A DNA stretch of 64,000 nucleotides from Candidatus Daviesbacteria bacterium GW2011_GWA1_41_61 (GCA_000997385.1 LCBT01000002.1:119424-183423), one strand, 5' to 3'; counted from the stretch's first letter, positions 19,993 through 30,607 are shown. Notes: generated by a model from the sequence alone, not told the origin. Program-made: numbers and translations.

Positions 19993-21384
19993 TTAGACTC
20001 TGGGAAATAGAGGCGGGGCTGATTTAATACTACCAGAAAACTGAGACAAGATGTTTTCAGCAGTTTGGGGAAGGAATGGCTGGAATAATTTGACAGTTTT
20101 AACTATTTCACTGATATAAGAAGTTAAAAGTTTTTGTAGTTTGTCTTTATCTTTTATTTCCCAGGGTTTTTCTTGGCTGATTTTTTCATCAATATTTTTT
20201 AAATAATGGTTAGCTACTACTAAAGCTCCGGAGAAATCCAAAGATTCAATCTTCTCCTCAAAATCTTTAGTTTCATGTTCTCCCATGTCTTGGTTAATAG
20301 ATAACCCTGATTTCTCACTCAATCTGGCTACCCTGGCCACTAGGTTACCTAGACCGTTAGCTAGATCAGCATTATAAAGTCTATCAAAAAGTTCCCAGGA
20401 AAAATTACCATCTTCTCCAAAAGGAAAAGCAGCCAATAAAACATAACGTGTTCCATCAACGCCATACTTATTTATCAATTCCTCTGGCTTAATAACATTA
20501 CCAATGGTTTTAGACATCTTTTCCCCATTGATGGTGAAAAAACCATGAGCAAAAACTTCTTTAGGAGGTTCTTCCCCAATAGATAGAAGCATTGCTGGCC
20601 AGATGACACTATGGAACCAGAGAATGTCTTTACCAACTAAATGTAAGTCTGCTGGCCAGAGGTCGTTTGCTGAACCATAGGTATAGTAGTTAATTAAAGC
20701 ATCGATCCAGACGTAGGTAGTGTGACTGGTGTCAAAAGGTAATGGGATGCCCCACTCTAAATTAGCCCTTGAGATAGAGATATCTTCCAATCCTTGACGG
20801 ATTTTTCCTAAAACCTCATTTTTTCTAGTCAAGGGCCTTACTTTAATTTTGTCTTCAGAGATTAGTTGTTCCAGTTTTTGTTGATAATCACTTAATCTGA
20901 AGTAATAATTTTCTTCAGCATAATCGATTGGTGCAGTTTTATGATCTGGACATAAACCATTAACCAGTTCATCTTTAGACATAAATTTCTCATGAGGTAC
21001 ACAATAAAGTCCTTTATAAAGACGAGGTTTTTCTTCAACAGCTCCATTTTTATACATCTTTAACAAAAATTCCTGGACTATTTTTATATGATCTTCATCA
21101 GTGGTTCTGATAAATCTGACATAGTTAATATTTAGTTTATCCCAAGTTTTTTTGAATTCCTGGGAGATTTTGTCAGCATATTCTTTTGGTTTTTCTCCGT
21201 GTTTTTTAGCCGCTTCTGCAATTTTGGCTCCATGTTCATCAGTGCCTGTTAAAAGCTGAGCTTCTTTCCCTTTTTGGTGGTGGTAACGGGTGAGGACATC
21301 AGCAGCTATAGTAGTGTAGGTATGCCCGATGTGGGGGACATCATTGACATAATAAATTGGTGTGGTAGCAAAGAACTTGTTCAT
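19993..21384 (-). CDS. metG: Methionine--tRNA ligase (short form)
   Basis: It has HIGH (PHIGHTYT), KMSKT (EKMSKTIGNV) and the N-terminus TPIYYVN. Confidence 0.9.
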   Translation of the reverse strand: MNKFFATTPIYYVNDVPHIGHTYTTIAADVLTRYHHQKGKEAQLLTGTDEHGAKIAEAAKKHGEKPKEYADKISQEFKKTWDKLNINYVRFIRTTDEDHIKIVQEFLLKMYKNGAVEEKPRLYKGLYCVPHEKFMSKDELVNGLCPDHKTAPIDYAEENYYFRLSDYQQKLEQLISEDKIKVRPLTRKNEVLGKIRQGLEDISISRANLEWGIPLPFDTSHTTYVWIDALINYYTYGSANDLWPADLHLVGKDILWFHSVIWPAMLLSIGEEPPKEVFAHGFFTINGEKMSKTIGNVIKPEELINKYGVDGTRYVLLAAFPFGEDGNFSWELFDRLYNADLANGLGNLVARVARLSEKSGLSINQDMGEHETKDFEEKIESLDFSGALVVANHYLKNIDEKISQEKPWEIKDKDKLQKLLTSYISEIVKTVKLFQPFLPQTAENILSQFSGSIKSAPPLFPRV

Positions 21385-21423
21385 AGGTTGGATTGTATCT
21401 TGATCCTAATAGCTTGTCAAAAA

Positions 21424-21879
21424 CTATTTATTTTCCAGTCTACTGATTCTGACTTTGGGTTTAGGTGTTGTTCTAGTCAGTTTTGGTAGTTTGGCTTTGG
21501 GTAAAGGTTTTAAAAGATGGAGTTTTTCTTCCTTAATGGAGTGGTAGAACCTAGCTTTGGGAGGTTTAGTAATGAATTTTAAGATTAAAATTATACTTAA
21601 AACTCCTAGAAAAAAAATTAGGGAGTTTAAAATACTAAGTGATTTTAAAAATAACAACAAAATTAAACCTAAAGATAAAAAGGCACTTTTGGCCCAGTTT
21701 TTTAAGATCAAGTGAGTAAATATGGTTAAAAATATTCCTAAGGGAATAAAAAATAATCCTAGCTGGGGAAGTGTAGCTTCATGCAAAGATTGAGGAGGTT
21801 CAACTTTTAAAACTACTGCGAGTAATGTTATAGCCGTAAAGATCAGCAGTAAGGGTATAAAACTATTTTTAGGCATCAA
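21424..21879 (-). CDS. Hypothetical membrane protein
   Basis: Several TM helices and a lysine-rich C-terminus. Confidence 0.3.
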   Translation of the reverse strand: MMPKNSFIPLLLIFTAITLLAVVLKVEPPQSLHEATLPQLGLFFIPLGIFLTIFTHLILKNWAKSAFLSLGLILLLFLKSLSILNSLIFFLGVLSIILILKFITKPPKARFYHSIKEEKLHLLKPLPKAKLPKLTRTTPKPKVRISRLENK

Positions 21880-21933
21880 ACCATTCTAACTTATTTGGGT
21901 TGTTTTTTCTTTTAGTTAGTTTAAAATAATCTT

Positions 21934-22158
21934 ATGCCTTTATCTGAAATTGCTTATCTTTCTATTTTAGGAAAACCTCTAATTTTTTATCTGGGTATTT
22001 TAACCTACCTGTTATTTGTCTTTACTGCCATACTTGGGTATTCTAATTTCCGAGGCAGACCTATTTTACCCTTTATCTGGCACCCCCGAATAGCTGCAGC
22101 TGCTTTAATTTTAGCTACCATCCATGGCCTACTGGCTTTATCTGTTTACTTTTTTTAA
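21934..22158 (+). CDS. Small hypothetical membrane protein
   Basis: 74 aa with two TM helices. Confidence 0.25.
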   Translation: MPLSEIAYLSILGKPLIFYLGILTYLLFVFTAILGYSNFRGRPILPFIWHPRIAAAALILATIHGLLALSVYFF

Positions 22159-22197
22159 ATAATACTCATTTTATCTTGAAATTCCTTTTCTCCCTTC

Positions 22198-22734
22198 TTG
22201 TGTTACAATTTTTTTATGTTAAAGATTGATCCTCCAAATTATCAATATTGTCCCTTTTGTGGGAAAGGTTTGGGAGTAAGAGTGGAGGAAGGGAGAAAGA
22301 GAAAGTTTTGTTCCTCTTGCAGCTGGACTTATTACCCTTATGTGGCAGGGTCAGCAGGAGCAATTATCTTAAGAGGTGGTAAAGTCTTGATGGTTAAGCG
22401 AAAAAGAGAACCATATAAGGGAACTTGGATGTTTCCTGCGGGCTTTGTTGATTATGGTGAACATCCCAAAGAGACAGTGGTGCGAGAGGTTAAGGAAGAG
22501 ACAGGGCTAGAGGTTAAAACTGTTCAATTTGTAGATGTGATTCAAGCAGACGATGACCCGCGACAAATAGGGCACTTTATATTTTTATACAGGGTGGAAG
22601 TGGAAGATGGTGAGATGAAAACAGACGAGGAGGAAAATGAAGATATTTCTTGGGTAGAGATTAAAAATCCTCCTCCTATCGGCTGGCATGGCCACAAGCT
22701 GGTAATGAAAAAACTTCAGGAAAAGAAGTATTAA
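22198..22734 (+). CDS. NUDIX hydrolase with an N-terminal zinc ribbon
   Basis: The Nudix box GFVDYGEHPKETVVREVKEETGL follows an N-terminal CPFCG...CSSC. Confidence 0.8.
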   Translation: MCYNFFMLKIDPPNYQYCPFCGKGLGVRVEEGRKRKFCSSCSWTYYPYVAGSAGAIILRGGKVLMVKRKREPYKGTWMFPAGFVDYGEHPKETVVREVKEETGLEVKTVQFVDVIQADDDPRQIGHFIFLYRVEVEDGEMKTDEEENEDISWVEIKNPPPIGWHGHKLVMKKLQEKKY

Positions 22735-22764
22735 ACTCCTACCACTTCAAAGGTAGAATCGTTA

Positions 22765-23412
22765 CTAGATTTCTGATGGGTCATCGCTTACTTTTACCCA
22801 ACCTTGCATCTCTTTCATCGGTACATGGGCTAGAGGGTTAACTCTGCCTTTTAAAAACCTGGGAAGAAACTCACTGATAATCCACCAGTCAAAAAATTGT
22901 TGGGGATTAGATGGGTCTATGGGAAGTAGATTCCATCTCTCAGGATAATATTCAAGACTTAAGCCGCTTATAATTTCTGCTTCTCTTAGTTGACCAAATC
23001 TTTCTTTTCCGGTTAATCTCCTTCCGTTACTGGAGAGAGTAACCCGTCCCTTGTATCCTCCATTGGAAGGCCGATCGTTAAACAGAACTTCCCCCAATTC
23101 TCCTTTAGAGGTGTTTCCCCAATGTTTCCAGGCTACAAGTTTAAGGCGGAGTTCTGATGAGAGGTCTCCTAGGAGAATCATATATCCACAAGCCCGATCC
23201 ATGATTTTTCCTCCTATAGTATAATATTCATCATCTCGAGAGAATCTGCCTCTTCTGGCAATGACTGTATCTGGGTCAATATCTAATAAGAATGTATCTA
23301 CTAAAACTGGAGAATAGAAATTTACTTTTCTTAAAAGACCCCAAAATGCTGGTGATGGGTTAGTAAATTGTTCACCTTTAGGGAAAAATTGATCCAGGTC
23401 TGCTCTTTCCAT
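22765..23412 (-). CDS. Hypothetical protein translationally coupled to sbcC (third gene of the sbcDC operon)
   Basis: It lies 8 nt downstream of sbcC on the same strand and has no recognisable domain. Confidence 0.4.
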   Translation of the reverse strand: MERADLDQFFPKGEQFTNPSPAFWGLLRKVNFYSPVLVDTFLLDIDPDTVIARRGRFSRDDEYYTIGGKIMDRACGYMILLGDLSSELRLKLVAWKHWGNTSKGELGEVLFNDRPSNGGYKGRVTLSSNGRRLTGKERFGQLREAEIISGLSLEYYPERWNLLPIDPSNPQQFFDWWIISEFLPRFLKGRVNPLAHVPMKEMQGWVKVSDDPSEI

Positions 23413-23420
23413 AGCTTGGA

Positions 23421-25652
23421 TTATATACCCACAACTTCAAAGGTGGAGCCTGTGGGGCCTTTATTAACTTCAACTCTCACTGGGAATTCTTCCTTTAACT
23501 CTTCTAAATGAGTGATGATTAAAATTTTTTCAAAATCATCTTTGATGGCATCCATGGCTTCCACAATCCTGGATCTTCCCTGGGCATCTTGGGTGCCAAA
23601 GCCTTCATCAATGACTAAAAACTGTAACTTAGCTCCGGCCCGATGAGTTAACAGTTTAGATAAAGCCAGTCTGATGGCAAAGTTGACCCTAAACTGCTCT
23701 CCTCCACTATAAGCTTCATAAGGCCTTTCTCCCATCTCATCAGAGATAATAATATCCAACGTCTCAATAATCCCCGGCGTTTTAGCCTGCCCTGAACTTT
23801 GTCGAAGGGTTTTTGTTTCCCGCTGAGTTTCAAATCTAACTTTCATCCGCCCTTCTGTCAGTCTGTCTAATAATCTGTTGGCCTCATCTTCAATCTCTGG
23901 GATGGCAGTTTCGATAATCATGGCCTGGATGCCTTTTTTGCCAAAAGCTAAAGCCAACTCTTCATAAGCTGCTTTTTCCTCCTGGAACTTTTTCTTCTCA
24001 GTATGTTTGTCTTTCTGCAAGTTTTCCAATTGCTCGGCTTGGGATACTAACTGCTTTGCTTCTCCTACCTTGCCCCGAAGCTCTAAAACTTTTTGAGCCA
24101 GTTCTTGTTTGATTGAATCTTTCCCTTGAAGTTTGCTTTTAACCTCTTCCAGCTGTTGTTGATAAAAAGTGAGCTGCTCTAAACCTTGGCTCTCTTTATC
24201 AATCTGCTCCTGTTTATTTTGAGAGATTTTAAGAAGATCACTAATCGTTTCTTGATGGGCTTTGACCGCAGTTTCTGCTTGCTGAAGTTTGGTATATAAA
24301 TCAACATATTTTTCTAAGTTAGTAATTTTGATATTTAAAAAGCTCCACTCTTTAGTCTCTTCTTCCAGTTTTTGGATAGAGATCTCTTTATCATCAGCTT
24401 CTTTTTGTTGAGGAATGAGATAGTTTTTAACCTGGGCAATCTGTTTTTCTAGAGTTTCCAATTGAGCATTGTTTTTTTTTAACTTAGCCTCATTTTTGAC
24501 GATAATTTCTTTATTTTTATCCTCACCGATATTCTGTCCGCAGGTAGGGCAGAGATCTTTGTGGGATTTTAAGTGATCGAGCTGTTTTTGATATTGTTCA
24601 TTTTCGGTTTGTAGCCTTTTAATATCCACTTCTAAAGAAGTAATCTTACGGCCCCGTCTGTCTTCTAGTTCCAGGAGCTGTTTTTGCAGGGCAGCCAGCT
24701 CGTCCTTAACTGTAATAAGCTCCGACCTTTTTCCTTCCAAAGCTTTCTTCTCCTCCTGGAGTTTTTGTAACTGCTGGTAGGCAGTTTCAATTTGCTGCCT
24801 TTGAGATAAGATTACCTGATATTCTGTTTGAGCTTTTTCTTTTAAGGAGATCTGCAGCTTTAAATCTGCCAACTCTTTTTGGGCTGCCTCAATTCTGGTC
24901 TTGGTTTCTTCTAAGGACTGAAGCTTGGTAGCTGCTGCCTCCCGTTCTTTATCAATAAGTTTTATTTGTGCTTCTACCTCTTTAAGTTGAGATTCTACTT
25001 TTTTAGCTTCCTCTTCCGCCTCGGTGAGAGCTTGTTCCCGAGCCTCTTTTTGAGAAAGTTCTGCTTCAATTTCTAGCAGTTGATATTCTAAAAGTTGTAA
25101 TTTAGTTTGGACCTCTTTGGCTTTTTCCTTAGCTTTTTCTTCCAACTTATCATAGTGGGATAGTCCCAAAATATCTGCCAAAATCCTTTTTCGATCGGAA
25201 GGGCCTTTGGTGGTAAATTCATCAGCATGCCCTTGTCTTAAAAAAGCAGAGTTGATAAAGGTCTCATAAGTTAAATGGAGAGTATCAATAATTTTTTGTT
25301 GGGTAGTTTTGATAGTGCCTTCAGTTAAGTTATAAGAGTTAGAAAACATTTCTAAAGAAGTTTGTCCGCCTCCTTTTAAGACTCTACCTCGTTTGACAGT
25401 ATAGATATGCTCGTCTAGCTGAAAGGAAAACTCTACCGTCATACAAGTTTGTCCTAGCCTGACCAGTTGATCTGCTGAATCTCCCAGTCTGGATGAGCCC
25501 CACAAACACCAGGTAATAGAGTCTAAAAGTGATGATTTACCGGCCCCGTTTTGACCCGATATGGCTGCCATATGAAACTGGGTAAAGTCCAGCTCAGGGA
25601 CATCAGCTCCATAAGAGGTAAAATTTGCTAGTTTTAATTTAACAGGAATCAT
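23421..25652 (-). CDS. sbcC: SbcC/Rad50-like ATPase with coiled coil and CxxC zinc hook
   Basis: N-terminal Walker A (GQNGAGKSS), long coiled coils, a CPTCGQ hook and a C-terminal signature/Walker B (FLVIDEGFG) are all present. Confidence 0.8.
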   Translation of the reverse strand: MIPVKLKLANFTSYGADVPELDFTQFHMAAISGQNGAGKSSLLDSITWCLWGSSRLGDSADQLVRLGQTCMTVEFSFQLDEHIYTVKRGRVLKGGGQTSLEMFSNSYNLTEGTIKTTQQKIIDTLHLTYETFINSAFLRQGHADEFTTKGPSDRKRILADILGLSHYDKLEEKAKEKAKEVQTKLQLLEYQLLEIEAELSQKEAREQALTEAEEEAKKVESQLKEVEAQIKLIDKEREAAATKLQSLEETKTRIEAAQKELADLKLQISLKEKAQTEYQVILSQRQQIETAYQQLQKLQEEKKALEGKRSELITVKDELAALQKQLLELEDRRGRKITSLEVDIKRLQTENEQYQKQLDHLKSHKDLCPTCGQNIGEDKNKEIIVKNEAKLKKNNAQLETLEKQIAQVKNYLIPQQKEADDKEISIQKLEEETKEWSFLNIKITNLEKYVDLYTKLQQAETAVKAHQETISDLLKISQNKQEQIDKESQGLEQLTFYQQQLEEVKSKLQGKDSIKQELAQKVLELRGKVGEAKQLVSQAEQLENLQKDKHTEKKKFQEEKAAYEELALAFGKKGIQAMIIETAIPEIEDEANRLLDRLTEGRMKVRFETQRETKTLRQSSGQAKTPGIIETLDIIISDEMGERPYEAYSGGEQFRVNFAIRLALSKLLTHRAGAKLQFLVIDEGFGTQDAQGRSRIVEAMDAIKDDFEKILIITHLEELKEEFPVRVEVNKGPTGSTFEVVGI

Positions 25653-25662
25653 ATACTTTATA

Positions 25663-26826
25663 TCAACCTTCTAAAATAGATGCAGCATACTTTTCTAACT
25701 GTTTGATTTTTTCTGGACTGTATTTTTTGGATTCAAAATATTTTTGTAGAGCTTCAATGGGAGTTAGTCTTTCTACCTCTTCCTGACCCTCTAAAATAGT
25801 CCTCTCTTTTCTTTCTACATTTCTGGAGATGCCAGCAATAAAGTAGGCTGAATCTAAAGCTTTTTTAATTTTATCCATAGAGATCTCTTTACTGACTGAA
25901 GCTGGGATATCGATTATCAGACGAACCACCTTATTTTCTACGTCATGTTTTTTGATTTCTTTAAGAATAATTTCGGTAGGTTCTACCTCCTCCTCTTGTA
26001 ATGAAACCCTTATGGTTAAGAATTTCCGAGCATCAGAGGGGACAAAATCATAAGTGGTTTGGGCTGGTGTGGAGATATTAACTATTACAAATCCCTTCTC
26101 TTCCTTTTCTTCTCCAAAATCAATTCTTTGCGGTGAACCAGAATAAATAACTGGCGGATCTTTGGCCAAAACCTGATACTTATGAATGTGGCCTAAGGCA
26201 ACATAAGAAAGTTTTCTGTTTGTTAAAAGAGACAGGGGAATGGCGACATCATTGATAATAGCCAACCCCTTTTCGCTGCCAAAAGAAGCCCCTTCTACCT
26301 CCAGGTGTCCTACCAAAATAGCTGGCCCTGAGCTTGTCGAAGGGTTGATTTTTTCATACATGGCCGGCAGTTTATCTCCTAAAGTTTTAAACTCCCCTTT
26401 ATGCAGCCAGGGAGCAGTCAAAACTTGTAGATTTCCGGATTTAGTAGGGATGTTAAAAAACTGGGGTTGTCTGGAAACCCAAACATTCTCCATCTCTAAA
26501 GCAGAATAAATATCTAAAGTGTTGGCTTTGCCCTCCGCATTAGGGGTATCATGGTTGCCCACTACTAAAACAACCGGAATTCCGGCTTTGGTGATTTTTC
26601 TGATTCTTTCCCCAAAACCCCGTTGTTGGGTAGGAGAGGGATCACGGGTTTTATAAGCATCACCGGCAAAGATAAAAGCATCTAACTTTTTTTGGATAGC
26701 ATAGTCCACCATTAAATCCAAAGTTTTGAAAAAATCCAGAAGTCTACTTTCCAGCCCGGTTTCCGGGTCCAACTTAGAATAATTGGTCATGCCAATATGT
26801 AAATCTGCAGTATGAAGTAGTTTCAT
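25663..26826 (-). CDS. sbcD: SbcD/Mre11 nuclease
   Basis: Calcineurin-like phosphoesterase motifs: LHTADLHIG, GDAYK and GNHD. Confidence 0.85.
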   Translation of the reverse strand: MKLLHTADLHIGMTNYSKLDPETGLESRLLDFFKTLDLMVDYAIQKKLDAFIFAGDAYKTRDPSPTQQRGFGERIRKITKAGIPVVLVVGNHDTPNAEGKANTLDIYSALEMENVWVSRQPQFFNIPTKSGNLQVLTAPWLHKGEFKTLGDKLPAMYEKINPSTSSGPAILVGHLEVEGASFGSEKGLAIINDVAIPLSLLTNRKLSYVALGHIHKYQVLAKDPPVIYSGSPQRIDFGEEKEEKGFVIVNISTPAQTTYDFVPSDARKFLTIRVSLQEEEVEPTEIILKEIKKHDVENKVVRLIIDIPASVSKEISMDKIKKALDSAYFIAGISRNVERKERTILEGQEEVERLTPIEALQKYFESKKYSPEKIKQLEKYAASILEG

Positions 26827-27270
26827 GGCAAAGATTATACCCCCGGGATCAGCAGAAGAAAATCCGTAATAACTGATATTAAACTGGTCAAAAATTGTCG
26901 CTGAGCCTTATCACCCCTCAGAAGATCCTCAGATGTGGTTAGCCATACTTGCTGATCCAGATAATAACTGCTTCCAAATAGGCTCCCCAATGGAGTTTTA
27001 AATCTCTTCAAACTTGGCTTCTTTGGGATAGAGTAAAAGATAAGGATAGCCTTGTTGGTTTATTTTAATTCCCTTGCAGTCCTTTTTTTAAAAATTGAAT
27101 CATCTGCTGGGCAGTTTTCTTAGGATCTACTTCTTTTTTGCCAATATACTCTATCTCTACAAAATCCCCCAAGCCTTTGACCTTATCAATCTCTATTTCA
27201 GTATTTTCCATATTCCCCGATTATAACCTACTAGGAAAGTAGAGGGGGTGGGTGGTATAATTTTTGCTAC

Positions 27271-27825
27271 ATGAAGGCCACTCAGCAGCTAAAAGATGAA
27301 CATCAAGGGGTACTGTTGATGTTGGATATTTTAGAAGAGATTAGTCAGAGACTGAAAAAAGGACAGCAAGTTGATCTTACCCATCTAAACCAGATTTTAG
27401 AGTTTTTACAAGTTTTTGTCGATAAATGCCACCACAGTAAAGAAGAGGAGCTTTTATTCCCAGCCTTGGAAGAAAGTGGCATTCCCAAAGAAGATGGCCC
27501 TATTGGAATGATGCTTGTAGAACATGATATGGGCAGGGGGTATATTAAGGGCTTAAGGGAAGCTATCTTAAAGTATGAAAATGGAGAGGGGAAAGCTGCT
27601 GGGGAAATTGCGAAGAATACCCAAAAGTATATTGTTTTACTAAGGGAGCATATTGATAAAGAGGATAATATTTTATATATGATGGCTGACATGCATCTTG
27701 ATGAGGTAATCCAGAAAAGGTTGGCAAAAGAGTTTGAGAAGGTAGAAATGGAAAAAATCGGGGCAGGCAAACACCAACAGTTTCACAAACTTCTGGATAA
27801 TTTAAAAGAGATCTACCTTCAATAA
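27271..27825 (+). CDS. Hemerythrin-like (HHE cation-binding) domain protein
   Basis: Paired His/Glu motifs (DEHQ, CHHSKEEELLFP, VEHDMG, REHIDKED) fit the family. TATAAT lies 8 nt upstream of the ATG, so the transcript is leaderless or nearly so. Confidence 0.5.
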   Translation: MKATQQLKDEHQGVLLMLDILEEISQRLKKGQQVDLTHLNQILEFLQVFVDKCHHSKEEELLFPALEESGIPKEDGPIGMMLVEHDMGRGYIKGLREAILKYENGEGKAAGEIAKNTQKYIVLLREHIDKEDNILYMMADMHLDEVIQKRLAKEFEKVEMEKIGAGKHQQFHKLLDNLKEIYLQ

Positions 27826-27836
27826 TTCCCCTTTTT

Positions 27837-28328
27837 TTGCTATTATCATTTAATGAACATCCTTTAAGGATAGGCTTAAGTTTTGGTTTAACTTCAGGAG
27901 TGATTGCTACCTTAGGACTGATGGTGGGCCTTTACTCTACCACCCAATCTCAACTGGCAGTAGTGGGGGCAATTTTGACTATATCTATCGCTGATGCTTT
28001 CTCTGATGCTTTGGGAATTCATGTCTCCCAGGAAACAGACAGTAAATATTCTCTTAAAGAGGTTTGGCAAGCCAGTGGAGCTACCTTGCTGTTTAAATTT
28101 TTGTTTGCCCTAATTTTTGTTATTCCAGTGCTAACTTTAAGTTTAAGTACGGCTATTTGGACAAAGGTTATTTTAGGTTTAACTTTCTTAAACATTTTTA
28201 GCGTTTTTTTGGCTAAACAAAGAGGAGAAAAGGTTTTAGGGGTGGTTTTGGAACATTCCGCTATTGCTATACTCGTGATTATAGCCAGCGGTTTGGTAGG
28301 CAGTTTGATCTCCCAAATATTTAGGTAG
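27837..28328 (+). CDS. Hypothetical membrane protein (possibly VIT/CCC1-like)
   Basis: 4-5 TM helices. The VIT assignment is weak. Confidence 0.25.
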   Translation: MLLSFNEHPLRIGLSFGLTSGVIATLGLMVGLYSTTQSQLAVVGAILTISIADAFSDALGIHVSQETDSKYSLKEVWQASGATLLFKFLFALIFVIPVLTLSLSTAIWTKVILGLTFLNIFSVFLAKQRGEKVLGVVLEHSAIAILVIIASGLVGSLISQIFR

Positions 28329-28334
28329 CTAAAT

Positions 28335-28841
28335 TTAAACTCTGTAAAAATAAAAGTTGTTGATCTTTGTAAATGGCTGCCAGTTTTTGAAATGATAGGT
28401 TTGGGTTATCACTACCGATCTTTTATTAAGCTCCTTTTTAAGTTTTCCTTCCAGCTTATCCAAAGCTTTGGGCAGAAGATAGATATAGACGATATCAGCT
28501 GGGTAATAACTGCGGTCAAAGATATTGCCGTGAAAGAAATGAGCATTAGGAAGCTTTAATTTAGATGCTTGATAGCGGCTGAACCAGACTCTCAGCCAAG
28601 ATTGTTCTATCCCATAAGCTTGGGCTCCTGTGGCAGCTGCTTTTAGGACTACCCGTCCATCGCCTGAGCCCAGTTCATAAAAATTTTTGCCCTTTTTAAG
28701 TCCAGCCCGCTTAAATATGGACTGTAAAGAATGCATCTTAGTAGGAATAAAAGGAGCATCGGTCCCAGCAAACCAAGAGAGAGCTAGAAAACAAACTAGC
28801 AACAAAAATAAAGTCAGGATGAAGATAGAATCCATAGACAA
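28335..28841 (-). CDS. Membrane-anchored class I SAM-dependent methyltransferase
   Basis: N-terminal TM followed by motif I (LGSGDGRVVL). Confidence 0.45.
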   Translation of the reverse strand: MSMDSIFILTLFLLLVCFLALSWFAGTDAPFIPTKMHSLQSIFKRAGLKKGKNFYELGSGDGRVVLKAAATGAQAYGIEQSWLRVWFSRYQASKLKLPNAHFFHGNIFDRSYYPADIVYIYLLPKALDKLEGKLKKELNKRSVVITQTYHFKNWQPFTKINNFYFYRV

Positions 28842-28847
28842 CCCATT

Positions 28848-29882
28848 TTATCTTTGAACCAGCTTTAAGAGAAGTACCTTAATTTTATTAAACTTTTCTA
28901 AAGTATTAATCAGGATGTAAATAAGAGGGTTAAAAACCAGATCGTAAGTCCCGATGTATTCAACCAACTCTGCCCCTAGATTTTCTTTAAGACGGCTGAA
29001 ACCAAAATAGGGATCTTTAGCTCCTAAGTTAGGGTTAGCTCCCCCCCACAGATCAAATTTTTTTAACTTCAACTTTTTACCCAACTTAATGGCTTCCCAA
29101 GCAGTTAAGGTGGGAGCCATAACATTTTTATACTCTTTTAACGATCCTCCATAAGGGTAGTAAAGCGTATCTTTAAAATTAGTTATCATCCAAGCATTTA
29201 AAGGCAGAGGCTCTTTTTTATCTGACGGTTGGTAAAAAGCAATTAAAAGACGGGCCATTTGAGCTTGCTTTAAAGTTTCCCAGACCTGGCGGTGATATTT
29301 ATGAGTATGGCTTAAAAATCCCTGCCTTTGGGTAGTGGCAAAATGTAATTTGAGATAGATGGCAAAAGCTTGATCATCGGTCCTCTCTTCAACTTTCACC
29401 CCATGTTTTTGCGCGACCTTAATATTATACCTAAACTTAGGGTGCATTTTTTTTAAAATCTCTTCTTCTGGCTGGGTCAGATCTAATAGGTAGTTATATT
29501 TAGTAAACAAAGGCTTAGGTGAAACTTTAAATTTTTTATCTATTCTTAACCCTTTCCCTTTAACACTTAACGCTTCTACATCTGGTTCTACTTTGATAAA
29601 AGCGCATCTTTCTTCCTGAGCGATTTTTTTTAAAGCTTGGGCCAGATTTTCATCAGGGAAAGGGCCTTTGGGCAGATAACCAATATATGAGTTGGACAGA
29701 GGGATCTTATGGAAGGTCAGCTGAAAAGCTTGAACCATTTTTCCGTTTTTATAAAGACCATATCTTTTAACTTTAGTTCCCAGGCTTTGTCTGAATTCTC
29801 CCCACTGCCAAGACTGCATAATATGGGTCACTAAACTGTTGTATTCTTTTTTTTGTTGATCGGTAACGAGTTTTAAATCCAC
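28848..29882 (-). CDS. FemAB-family peptidoglycan peptide-bridge transferase
   Basis: Length and motifs (WQWGEF ... FKDTLYYPYGGS ... FDLWG) are typical of FemX/FemAB. Confidence 0.65.
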   Translation of the reverse strand: MDLKLVTDQQKKEYNSLVTHIMQSWQWGEFRQSLGTKVKRYGLYKNGKMVQAFQLTFHKIPLSNSYIGYLPKGPFPDENLAQALKKIAQEERCAFIKVEPDVEALSVKGKGLRIDKKFKVSPKPLFTKYNYLLDLTQPEEEILKKMHPKFRYNIKVAQKHGVKVEERTDDQAFAIYLKLHFATTQRQGFLSHTHKYHRQVWETLKQAQMARLLIAFYQPSDKKEPLPLNAWMITNFKDTLYYPYGGSLKEYKNVMAPTLTAWEAIKLGKKLKLKKFDLWGGANPNLGAKDPYFGFSRLKENLGAELVEYIGTYDLVFNPLIYILINTLEKFNKIKVLLLKLVQR

Positions 29883-29953
29883 TCCACAATTATATCTTCT
29901 TCCGGTTTACAGAAATAGTAGTTTGTGTTAAAATTATATAGGCTATATTAAAG

Positions 29954-30565
29954 ATGGACCCTAAAACTAGATCAATTATTATTGGAGCGGTGTCCTTAAT
30001 TGTCTTGGCGGCGATTATCGGGGGAATTTTTTTCTTTGGACGGATTTCCCGCGACAATGTGGATGTAACCGGGCCAAATGGGATTGATTCTCTTCCTCAA
30101 ATTGGTACGAGCCCTACTCCGGCTTCCGGTGTGACTACGAGTCCGGAGACAGGAACAGTTGATACTAAAAACTATCAAGCTGATGGGGTGGTAGTTAAAT
30201 ATCCGGCTTCCTGGGGACTTCTAACTTGTTCAACCAACTCTAATTTTGAACTTGATCCTGTAAGCAGTGCTGACGTTAAGGGTGTAGTTTGTGGTTATGC
30301 TTTAAAACCGGTGACCTTTTTAATAGTTAACCGTTTAAATTGTCCGGGAGAGGTAGTGACTTTAGGCAGTCATCCAGTAACTAAGTTCAAAAGTCTAACC
30401 AACGGCGCTACAACTTACCGTTGGTGTGTCAGCGTGGGTAACAAGAACTTAGATATTACTCACCGGGTTTCTCCATCGGGGTCCCGGGCCACTTCTACCA
30501 CTGATTTTTCAGCCCAAGTAGAACAGATCATTAAAGATCTTCAAGTTGCTCCAGTCGTCTCTTAA
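29954..30565 (+). CDS. Secreted/anchored protein related to the MQKGF-leader family (shares the KYP.SW domain)
   Basis: N-terminal TM, a T/P/S-rich linker, and VVVKYPASWGLL matching the FSLKYPTSW motif of the downstream paralogs. Confidence 0.4.
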   Translation: MDPKTRSIIIGAVSLIVLAAIIGGIFFFGRISRDNVDVTGPNGIDSLPQIGTSPTPASGVTTSPETGTVDTKNYQADGVVVKYPASWGLLTCSTNSNFELDPVSSADVKGVVCGYALKPVTFLIVNRLNCPGEVVTLGSHPVTKFKSLTNGATTYRWCVSVGNKNLDITHRVSPSGSRATSTTDFSAQVEQIIKDLQVAPVVS

Positions 30566-30607
30566 GTGGAATTTGTTTTTTACGGCTTTTCCAGTTAGAC
30601 TAATTTT

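Noticed and set aside
27066-27211. Unlisted 48-aa minus-strand ORF (MENTEIEIDKVKGLGDFVEIEYIG...) in the sbcD/hemerythrin intergenic region
   Set aside because: It weakly resembles the C-terminal strand of CYTH-type proteins, but it is too short to be a functional domain. It is possibly a gene remnant.
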